Origin: Pseudomonadota bacterium
GTDB lineage: Bacteria; UBA10199; 2-02-FULL-44-16; JAAZCA01
Assembly (NCBI GenBank): GCA_043822785.1
Contig: JBDRBN010000026.1
Span: 1 to 63,125 of the forward strand
Length of the DNA: 63,125 bases
Direction of reading: 5' to 3'
In this document: in pieces, positions 27,064 through 34,758 of the stretch
How positions within the stretch are numbered: the first letter of the stretch is position 1
Layout of the letters: each line of letters opens with the position of its first letter
Position numbers and translations under genes: made by a program
The notes under the pieces: generated by a model
Seen by the model: the letters and a program-made list of their open reading frames with translations, nothing else
Database searches by the model: none
What the model was told of the DNA's origin: nothing

Positions 27064-27138
27064 GGAGATTGCTTCGCTTCACTCGCAATGACATCCGATG
27101 TGTCATTGCGAGGAGCGTTTAGCGACGAAGCAATCTCC
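27064..27138. repeat. Hairpin repeat doublet abutting the stop of GIY-YIG gene 1
   Basis: ggagattgcttcgcttcactcgcaatgac, a spacer, then gtcattgcgaggagcgtttagcgacgaagcaatctcc. Confidence 0.85.
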
Positions 27139-27139
27139 T

Positions 27140-27433
27140 TCAAAACCAGCCCTCGCTCAAATCTTTCCAATCAGAGTTATTCTCCTCTATTAATGCGATT
27201 TTCTTTTTTCTTGAACCAGTCTTAATTTGTTTCTCTATAGATATAGCAACTTTTATTTCATCTGTTTCTTCAAAGTATACTAGTTTCATTGCACGATATT
27301 TTGAAGTAAAACCTTGTATCAATGAATTCTTATCTTCGTAAACGCGACGTTCAATGTTATTTGTCACACCTGTATATAGCACAGTGTTGTATTCGTTGGT
27401 CATAATATACACATAGTAAGTTTTCTTGTTCAT
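27140..27433 (-). CDS. GIY-YIG nuclease family protein (COG2827/UPF0213-like), copy 1
   Basis: YYVYIMTN...LYTGVTNNIERRVYEDK...EKQIK matches the GIY-YIG motifs. 97 aa. Confidence 0.85.
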   Translation of the reverse strand: MNKKTYYVYIMTNEYNTVLYTGVTNNIERRVYEDKNSLIQGFTSKYRAMKLVYFEETDEIKVAISIEKQIKTGSRKKKIALIEENNSDWKDLSEGWF

Positions 27434-27443
27434 ATTCTATACA

Positions 27444-27472
27444 GGAGATTGCTTCGCTTCGCTCGCAATGAC
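27444..27472. repeat. Single hairpin repeat unit upstream of GIY-YIG gene 1
   Basis: ggagattgcttcgcttcgctcgcaatgac. Confidence 0.8.
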
Positions 27473-27481
27473 ACACAGGAC

Positions 27482-30400
27482 TTACTTCACAATCAACTCT
27501 GTTACTGGGTCGCCCTGCCTACGAAAGGCAATGAAGTTGGCTGCAAGCGTTTCTAACTCGTCGTCGCGGGCGCGCATGCAACCGTGTGTTGGGTGTATGG
27601 GATTGTTGTTTCTGCCGCCGTGGATGAAAAGCTCTCTGCGCCATGCTGTCAGGTCCACACCTGAGGTAGGTGCGCCAGCTCTAACCCTTATAGATCCTTG
27701 CAATAAACTGTAGTTACCCTGGCGGCCTTGACCCCTGCTCCAGTACGGCCCACTAACGCGGCTTTCGCCCTTTTTTGGCGTGCCTAATCCAAATCGTTCA
27801 TAGAACTTGTCGCGATACTCTTTGGTATAAAACTCAGGCACGCCTAGTGAGAAAGTACCATCTGGAAATGGGCCATACTTTCCTTCGGCTAAAGGATTGG
27901 CATTTGGTCTTACTGTACGATTTGCTACTTCGTATATACTAACAACATAACCATTCTTATCCTCCAAAACCATTTTCTCTGTGCTTCGTTCGAATATGAG
28001 CTTGGCAAGGCCAAACGGATCCCAATACGTGGAAGGATCGCCGCCTGCATATACATAAAGACTCATCTCTCCTTGATATGCTCTAGCAGATAATCCGCTA
28101 AAAAATCTGCCGTATGGATATGCTTCATAAGCGTTGCTTATTGAAAGCGGTCTGTTGGGAATGGATGCGCGCGATGTTGTGCCTTGCGATGCATGATATG
28201 AAAGCCCAGGTCCAAAAGCTGATTCATCATTATAATAGTGCACGATCTTGTACCCCAACGGATCAGGCGTTATGAACCGCATAAGCTCTGGATCATAATT
28301 GCGATAGCGCATGTATGTTAGCTTGCCATCCGCTCCTCTTATTTGTCCTGCAAATCCAAAGAGGCTTTCATATTTCGATTGATCTGTTTCGCAGCCTATC
28401 TCTTCACCATAGGGGCTATAGTCGCACCTGGCTGAAAGCTCGTTATCAATGCCGTCTATGCCGCGCACTGAATCCATGCGGTCGGTTATGAATAAGGAAG
28501 GAAAGTCCGATGTTACCGAAGCAACAGGAGCGCCAAGTCCATCTGCATATACAAAGCTCTGTGCTGCTTCGGTTGAATCTAAATGTGCTAAGCGCCAGCC
28601 ATCCCAGATGAACTCGTGCGAGATATCGGCAAAGTTCTCTTCGATCCTTCTATCAAAGGCATCGTAGCTATATCGAGCAATGGTCTCTTCGCCATAGCGC
28701 GCTGAAGTAAGCCTGCCCCAAGCATCGTATTCATAGTTCCACTTACCATCGGAGATGAGATTGCCGCTGGAATCATATTGAAATTGTTGGACGGGGATTG
28801 CTTCGTCGTCCCGCAAAGCGGGACTCCTCGCAATGACAAACTGGTTGTCATCGCGAGCCTCGATAGAGGCGTGGCGATCTCCTAGAATCTTAATAACCTG
28901 ATTCAGTTCATTGTACTTCATCTGCCTTGTGCCGTTTTCATCTTTAGCGCTTAAGATATTGCCCACAGGATCAAGCTCATATGTCCACTTTCTGTTCGAA
29001 TCTTCAAAAGCGCCTGTTAGCTGCCCCATGGCATCGCGCACATACTGCCTGGATACGTCCCTTAACGAATCCTTCTCGGTTTTCACGCGGCCTGCTTCGT
29101 CGAGCTCATATTTCCATTGAGCCACAGGTCTGCCATCAGAAGATTTATACTGCCGCGCTATCTCTCTTCCCCAATCATCTCGCTCAAGACCAAGCGCAAT
29201 CCTGCCTGCCATATTCTGACGGATGATATTTCCCAACTCGTCACGCTCAAAGGACGCTATGCGACTATTTTTGCCCATGACCGCCTTCAACAAACCTGCA
29301 GGCGTATAGTAATAAAAGAATGAATCTTTACCAGGAAGGCCAAGCGATACCACTTGATTTGCATCGTCAAACCCGCGTGTTATCCACCAGCTGCCTACTG
29401 ATTCTGCAAAAGGGCGGGATAGCGAATCATAAACAAATCTGGAGATAGCTTCTCCATCCTCTGCGTAAGTTAATCTGCCCATGCCATCGTGCCAAAAGCG
29501 CTGCACGCCCTTTGCCTCTTTTGTGTGGGCCTCGCGCAAGGCAAGCCGGCCTGCTGCATCGTAGGTAATTGTTACTGACCTGCCCGGTCCTTGTATGCTC
29601 AGCACCCTGCCTGCTCCATCGTATTGAGTGCGCTTTATGCCGCCATCTGCAAAACGCTCTAAGACCAAACGATCCAGATCATCATAGCCAAACTCCGTGG
29701 CGTTTCCATTTGCATCTGTTGCGTTTGTCAGCCGGCCGTTGTAATCCCAAACAAATTTTGTGATCGCGCCCTCGTGATTTACGGCCGTGCGCCTGCCAAT
29801 ATCATCCACATCAAAAATAGTAATACCTTCTACAGGGTCCCTTATGCGTATGAAATTTCCCTGGCCATCGTATTCGTACTGCCTGGGTTTTGTCCAGCCG
29901 TGGTTAAAGCTCGTAAGATCTCCGGCTTCATTATATGAAAACACCTCAAGGTCTAGCTTGAGATTGCTTTGCGGAGCCTGCCCTGAGCTAGGTCGAAGGG
30001 CTCGCAATGACAAACCGTGTTCCTTACTCTCTATGTATGATTCAACAACTCGGCCGAGTTTGTCGCGAACATATTCTTGTTTCATTCCGTCTGCATCTAT
30101 TTCAGCAACAACCAAACCCAACCCATCGCGCAAGATTTTTGCGCGCGCACCTAGCGGATCCATTGATCCAATAATGTTGCCGGCTTCATCATATTCGAAG
30201 CTCGTCTTCACCCATCTGGATTTTGATGGATCATCGAGCCAAAGCCTTTGTGCGCGTTGTACAAGAAGTTCGCCTTCATAGGTTAGATGCTCTTCGGCAA
30301 GAAGTTTGCCGGAAGCATCAAGGTTTTTGATCGCATTTATGCGGCCGGCATCGTCTCTTGCAAACTCAGTGCGATTTCCCAGTGCATCTTTTTTTGCAAC

Positions 30401-33400
30401 CTGCTCGCCAAAGCCATTGAGTTCAAACTCAGTGCGCACGGCGCTGCCGTCTATATGGGCAATTACCTCTCCATCCTGATTGCGCTTAACACATTCACGC
30501 GCTCGCTCTAAAGAACTCGCGCCCCTTATCACACACATGATGCGGCCTTCCGGATCATATTCAAATTCTATGGAGTTGCCTTCTGGCTTGATTATTTGAA
30601 CTAGCCTTCCTGCTGCATCATAGACAAAGCGCGTCTTAGCATGCTTGCCATCTGATATTTGCTCTGTCTTAGCCACCAGCTTATCCAAGGCACTGTACTC
30701 AAGCTCATGCTCTATTGGATGGTTTGGGCGCTCTATTTTAACGCGCACGAGATTGTCGTTTGCATCAAACGAATATCGAATAGGCCAAAGCCCAGGATTT
30801 TCATCGCGCAATACCTGGTTGAGCGCGTTAACAAGATATTTAGAAGTTCTTCCTAAGGGATCAGTGGAAGATACGATGTTGCCCATAGGGTCGTACTCAA
30901 AGGATGTGGCAGCTTTGACAGGCGCACCTTTTGCCTTTCTTTGTTCAGAATCAACAGCATCACCGACTATTGCTTTTAAATACCCGCCGGTTTTTACGTT
31001 GTCATTCCGATCGATAGAAACTCCATCGCCATCTGGATCATTAGCTGGATAATATTTGTATTCTGTAACCACCCCCAGCGCATCTGTTTCGCTCATGAGT
31101 TGGCCAAATGAGTTAAAGGAATAGGCTGCGATTTTTTTCCAGTTGTCATTGCGAGGGCAAAGCCCGAAGCAATCTCCCGAAGGCCATGGGATTGCTTCGC
31201 TTCGCTCGCAATGACAACCCTGACTTATTTTTCTATATAGAGCAATTGGATCAGCCGCCCTATCATCCGCATATTCCACCCGCTCTGACACGCCTGTAGG
31301 AAGATCGATGCGCGATATCCTTGCGTACTTTGGCTCGTGTTCGATGCGAATAGTGCGTGACTTTTTGCCATTTTGGGGAATTTCGCTAATCTCCTTTGGC
31401 AGGCCGGCCATCTCTCCAGAGCCATATTTAATTGCCGTGCACCTGCCTGAAGGCAAACAATCGAGCGTGCGCTCTCCGTCCCTATTATAATGATATGAAT
31501 TTAGAAGCTCATAGGCCTTATCATTATATAGCCAACGCCTGAGCAGGTGCCCGCTGGCATCGTGCTCATAAAGGTGCGTGATCCCTAGCTGATCTGTAAC
31601 CCATGTTCTTTCGGCCACATCGCCCGACCCATCTGCATAGACCACCTTCATCCATGGCCCATCGCCATAGCGCTGGGCTATCACCCTACCCTGATTATCG
31701 TAGCGCAGCCTTAGCCACACCCTGCCCGTGGGATCCATGATCATGGAGATAGCATGAATGGGTCCATAGCCGTCGCGCGCGTATCTGTATGAGGTCTCCT
31801 TTCCTTTGGGGAAGTCTACAGATGAAGGCGATGTTACGCCGATTAGCTCTTTTGCATCATTATATTGAAACAATATGGTGCGGCCTGCAAAATCCTCTAT
31901 CTTAGAGATGAGCCCGCCCTCTTGGCGCTCAAACCTTACTTTTCTGCCAAACACATCAATGACAGCAGCAAGCAATCCTTTGCTGTCGTACTCATATTGA
32001 ATGCAGTTGCCATGCCTGTCTTCTTTAAAACGCGGCCTTCCATGTGCATCAAAGGTCGTTACCACACCATCGCGCAAATAAAGCGCATGCCCGCTGCCTC
32101 TTTGGTACACAAGCTTTGCATAAATGCCAGGCGGAGAGATGAAACCTGTAGCATTTTTTTGAAAGAAAAACTTGCGACCATCTTCGTCTATATATGTGAG
32201 GCCATCCTTCCAAGGTAAAAGCCTTTCAGCATATGAGTGCGTCCACCTCCATCCCAACTCTCCTAGAAATTCGGATCTTCCGCGATATGTTCGTGTAAAT
32301 CGAAAATCTATGCCCCGGCCTGGGATCACAACGTCTGTAACCTTTTGCACATACTCGCCATTGTGCAAAAGCACAGGATCTAGCGCGCTCTCATCAGATG
32401 GATTTTGCGCAGGCACGCGCTCTACATCCAAAATCTCTGCAGCGGGCCCAAGCAGGTGCACGCCCTCAAGCGCCTCAGAAGCAACGGTTGCAAGATCTTC
32501 TGATATAGCATCGTTTAGTTCCTCAAGATCTTGCTTAACTTTGTCGGCAGCATCGCCAAGCACATCCTTTGGCTTAAAATCTCCAAACTCACCCAATACG
32601 CCGTCCTTTAGGCCCAATGCCTCTTTGGCATCTTCCCATGAACCAGGTATTCCGTTAAAGCCTTCCGGCAGGGCGCCTTCGATATTCCACCTAGCCCTAT
32701 CGAGTTCATCCTGAATCCAACCTTTGGTGTTTTCCAACTCATCTCTTATGGGAGCTATCAACTGCTCTTGAAGGGCTGTAAGTTCCTGTTGGACCTGACC
32801 CACCAAGGTTTGGAGCTCAGCGCGCACCTGGTTTATGGGCTTCATAAGCATGCCATCTATTCTGTCGGTAAGATCTTGCACGCGCTCCAAGGGCTTTTTG
32901 ATCTGACTCATGATGTTATCAAACCCAGCGCCAAGGCCAAGGCCACAAGCAATATCGCGCGCAAGGTTGCCAAGCTGCATAAGAGAGAGGCTTATGTGCT
33001 TTTTGTTTTGGATCTGCCACACCATAACGCGCGTAACCTCCACGGCACGCTTTAGCTCATATGCATCCACATACACACCGTTGAAAGCGCGCGCATAGTG
33101 CGTTGTAGCGCTTGCAGCCAGCATGGATGCATAAGCAGGCGTGGGGAGTTTTATGAAGGGTTTGTTCAAAACCGAGTTCGTAAGATTTTGTAATTGATTG
33201 CCGGGCAGATATTGCTGCACCTGATTTATGTATTTTTCAAATTCTTCTGGCCCAGCCTTTAGGGCCTGCGCGACCTCTGGCGGTAGATTTCCATTAAGCG
33301 CATCTTCTATGCGGCCACGAATACCAACCACTACGCCATCGCCTACAAGGCGCGAGATTTCGCCCGATGCAAGCTCTGTCAATGTGCCTGTGTTAAGTGC

Positions 33401-34054
33401 GCGCTCTATGGAGCCTCGCAGATCGGTTACATCCAGCCATTGGGATATGCCCTTTTCTGAAAGCTCCTGTTTAAGGCGATCGATCGTGGAATCGTAAAAA
33501 CCAGATGCAATGGCATCGATTCTTTCATTAAGGCTGGTGTTTAATTCTTGCACAACCCTGTCTGCTATTTTCTTTGCTTCTTCTAGCCCCTCTTCGCCAA
33601 GGGCAGCGCCCAAGAGTTGGTTTGTGACCACGTCTTTTACTTGTCCGGGCAGCCACTCTTTTAGCCTTTGTTTGATGTTCTCCTTAACCCTCTGTTTGAG
33701 CTCCTCATCCTGCTTAAACAGCGCGGCAAGATCAAAGCCATTTCCACCGTTTTTGCGCGCGTTTAAGGCATCTGCAAATGCATCGCACATCCAGTCTGCT
33801 CCCTGTTTTGAGAGCGCAAACTTAATGGTCTCGCGCGCGCGGCCCTCTACAAAGCCTGCCACGCCGTCCATGGAAAAAGCATCTTTAAGCGAAAGCATGT
33901 CTTTTTTTGAAAAGGGATTTATGGGTGGCATGTCGCTTCCTTGCGGCTGAGATTGTGCACCAGGGATATCTATCTTTTGCCTGGCTGCGTGCACAGATGC
34001 AGCGCACGCTGATATTAGGATAAGTGCTATAAGAATAATCTTGGCGCGTTTCAT
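27482..34054 (-). CDS. RHS/YD-repeat polymorphic toxin, Sec signal peptide, L,D-transpeptidase-like C-terminal domain
   Basis: Signal peptide MKRAKIILIALILISACAASVHA. Many YD repeats (YxYDxxGxL). The DPFGL cleavage-type motif (YWDPFGLA, about 28012-28040) precedes a roughly 185-aa tip containing FIHGGRNNNPIHPTHGCMRARDDE. Confidence 0.9.
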   Translation of the reverse strand: MKRAKIILIALILISACAASVHAARQKIDIPGAQSQPQGSDMPPINPFSKKDMLSLKDAFSMDGVAGFVEGRARETIKFALSKQGADWMCDAFADALNARKNGGNGFDLAALFKQDEELKQRVKENIKQRLKEWLPGQVKDVVTNQLLGAALGEEGLEEAKKIADRVVQELNTSLNERIDAIASGFYDSTIDRLKQELSEKGISQWLDVTDLRGSIERALNTGTLTELASGEISRLVGDGVVVGIRGRIEDALNGNLPPEVAQALKAGPEEFEKYINQVQQYLPGNQLQNLTNSVLNKPFIKLPTPAYASMLAASATTHYARAFNGVYVDAYELKRAVEVTRVMVWQIQNKKHISLSLMQLGNLARDIACGLGLGAGFDNIMSQIKKPLERVQDLTDRIDGMLMKPINQVRAELQTLVGQVQQELTALQEQLIAPIRDELENTKGWIQDELDRARWNIEGALPEGFNGIPGSWEDAKEALGLKDGVLGEFGDFKPKDVLGDAADKVKQDLEELNDAISEDLATVASEALEGVHLLGPAAEILDVERVPAQNPSDESALDPVLLHNGEYVQKVTDVVIPGRGIDFRFTRTYRGRSEFLGELGWRWTHSYAERLLPWKDGLTYIDEDGRKFFFQKNATGFISPPGIYAKLVYQRGSGHALYLRDGVVTTFDAHGRPRFKEDRHGNCIQYEYDSKGLLAAVIDVFGRKVRFERQEGGLISKIEDFAGRTILFQYNDAKELIGVTSPSSVDFPKGKETSYRYARDGYGPIHAISMIMDPTGRVWLRLRYDNQGRVIAQRYGDGPWMKVVYADGSGDVAERTWVTDQLGITHLYEHDASGHLLRRWLYNDKAYELLNSYHYNRDGERTLDCLPSGRCTAIKYGSGEMAGLPKEISEIPQNGKKSRTIRIEHEPKYARISRIDLPTGVSERVEYADDRAADPIALYRKISQGCHCERSEAIPWPSGDCFGLCPRNDNWKKIAAYSFNSFGQLMSETDALGVVTEYKYYPANDPDGDGVSIDRNDNVKTGGYLKAIVGDAVDSEQRKAKGAPVKAATSFEYDPMGNIVSSTDPLGRTSKYLVNALNQVLRDENPGLWPIRYSFDANDNLVRVKIERPNHPIEHELEYSALDKLVAKTEQISDGKHAKTRFVYDAAGRLVQIIKPEGNSIEFEYDPEGRIMCVIRGASSLERARECVKRNQDGEVIAHIDGSAVRTEFELNGFGEQVAKKDALGNRTEFARDDAGRINAIKNLDASGKLLAEEHLTYEGELLVQRAQRLWLDDPSKSRWVKTSFEYDEAGNIIGSMDPLGARAKILRDGLGLVVAEIDADGMKQEYVRDKLGRVVESYIESKEHGLSLRALRPSSGQAPQSNLKLDLEVFSYNEAGDLTSFNHGWTKPRQYEYDGQGNFIRIRDPVEGITIFDVDDIGRRTAVNHEGAITKFVWDYNGRLTNATDANGNATEFGYDDLDRLVLERFADGGIKRTQYDGAGRVLSIQGPGRSVTITYDAAGRLALREAHTKEAKGVQRFWHDGMGRLTYAEDGEAISRFVYDSLSRPFAESVGSWWITRGFDDANQVVSLGLPGKDSFFYYYTPAGLLKAVMGKNSRIASFERDELGNIIRQNMAGRIALGLERDDWGREIARQYKSSDGRPVAQWKYELDEAGRVKTEKDSLRDVSRQYVRDAMGQLTGAFEDSNRKWTYELDPVGNILSAKDENGTRQMKYNELNQVIKILGDRHASIEARDDNQFVIARSPALRDDEAIPVQQFQYDSSGNLISDGKWNYEYDAWGRLTSARYGEETIARYSYDAFDRRIEENFADISHEFIWDGWRLAHLDSTEAAQSFVYADGLGAPVASVTSDFPSLFITDRMDSVRGIDGIDNELSARCDYSPYGEEIGCETDQSKYESLFGFAGQIRGADGKLTYMRYRNYDPELMRFITPDPLGYKIVHYYNDESAFGPGLSYHASQGTTSRASIPNRPLSISNAYEAYPYGRFFSGLSARAYQGEMSLYVYAGGDPSTYWDPFGLAKLIFERSTEKMVLEDKNGYVVSIYEVANRTVRPNANPLAEGKYGPFPDGTFSLGVPEFYTKEYRDKFYERFGLGTPKKGESRVSGPYWSRGQGRQGNYSLLQGSIRVRAGAPTSGVDLTAWRRELFIHGGRNNNPIHPTHGCMRARDDELETLAANFIAFRRQGDPVTELIVK
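28793..28882. repeat. Hairpin repeat doublet in frame inside the RHS CDS
   Basis: Translated in the ORF as GDRHASIEARDDNQFVIARSPALRDDEAIP. The DNA matches type A and type B units. Confidence 0.8.
29960..30011. repeat. Long-type hairpin repeat unit in frame inside the RHS CDS
   Basis: The reverse complement reads gtcattgcgagcccttcgacctagctcagggcaggctccgcaaagcaatctc. Translated as ...SLRALRPSSGQAPQSNL... Confidence 0.75.
31145..31215. repeat. Hairpin repeat doublet in frame inside the RHS CDS
   Basis: gtcattgcgagggcaaagcccgaagcaatctcc, a spacer, then gggattgcttcgcttcgctcgcaatgac. Translated as CHCERSEAIPWPSGDCFGLCPRNDN. Confidence 0.85.
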
Positions 34055-34189
34055 GCTTTATTGCTTAAGCATGATCCGTGCCAATATCTACGAAAGGAAA
34101 ACCTTCGTTATCTTAGGGAGATAGAAAAGCCAGCTGTTTTGCAAAGTGCTTTAAAACAATATAGTGATGACGAGAATGATACACATACT

Positions 34190-34214
34190 GCGAGAAAGGC
34201 GAGACACGCGAGAC
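34190..34214. repeat. GCGAGAnAn 9-mer array (about three units)
   Basis: gcgagaaaggcgagacacgcgagac, upstream of the RHS gene. Confidence 0.7.
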
Positions 34215-34225
34215 CGGATTCCAAC

Positions 34226-34296
34226 GGAGATTGCTTCGCTTCGCTCGCAATGACAACCAATATGTCATTGCGAGGGCGCAGCCCGAAGCAATCTCC
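34226..34296. repeat. Hairpin repeat doublet abutting the stop of GIY-YIG gene 2
   Basis: Same architecture and junction (..caatctcc-ttcaaaaccagccctcgctcaaatc) as at 27064-27138. Confidence 0.85.
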
Positions 34297-34297
34297 T

Positions 34298-34591
34298 TCA
34301 AAACCAGCCCTCGCTCAAATCATTCCAATCAGGATTCTTCTCCTCTATCAATGTAATTTTCTTTTTTCTTGGACCTGCCTTAACCTGTTTCTCTCTCGTT
34401 ATAGCAACTTCTATATCATTAGTTTGCTCAAAGAATACCAACTTCTTTATGCTGTATTTTGAAGTAAAACCACGAATCAATAAATTTTTGTGTTCATAAA
34501 CTCTTCGATGAATATCATTTGTCACACCTGTGTACAGCACTGTGTTGTATTCATTCGTCATAATGTACACATAATATGTTTTTTGATTCAT
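34298..34591 (-). CDS. GIY-YIG nuclease family protein, copy 2
   Basis: 97 aa. About 23 differences from copy 1, counted by eye. Same motifs. Confidence 0.85.
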   Translation of the reverse strand: MNQKTYYVYIMTNEYNTVLYTGVTNDIHRRVYEHKNLLIRGFTSKYSIKKLVFFEQTNDIEVAITREKQVKAGPRKKKITLIEEKNPDWNDLSEGWF

Positions 34592-34605
34592 ATGATTATC
34601 GGTTT

Positions 34606-34720
34606 GTCATTGCGAGAAGGCGAAGCCGACGAAGCAATCTCCTGCAATGGGGGATTGCTTCGCTTCGCTCGCAATGACAAGCGCGGAGATTGTTTCGCCC
34701 CTGTCGGGGCTCGCAATGAC
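34606..34720. repeat. Hairpin repeat triplet upstream of GIY-YIG gene 2
   Basis: Three consecutive units. The third has a GCCCC-TGTC-GGGGC inner stem. Confidence 0.85.
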
Positions 34721-34758
34721 AGACTTAGTTCCCTTTCTTGCCGCTCTCGCATCTGTGT

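Noticed and set aside
28449-33950. About 20 short ORFs on the plus strand (and off-frame minus) inside the RHS gene
   Set aside because: They are antisense or out of frame relative to a 2190-aa ORF with clear YD-repeat content. They have no SD sites and low-complexity Ser/Pro/Ala-rich translations typical of shadow ORFs.
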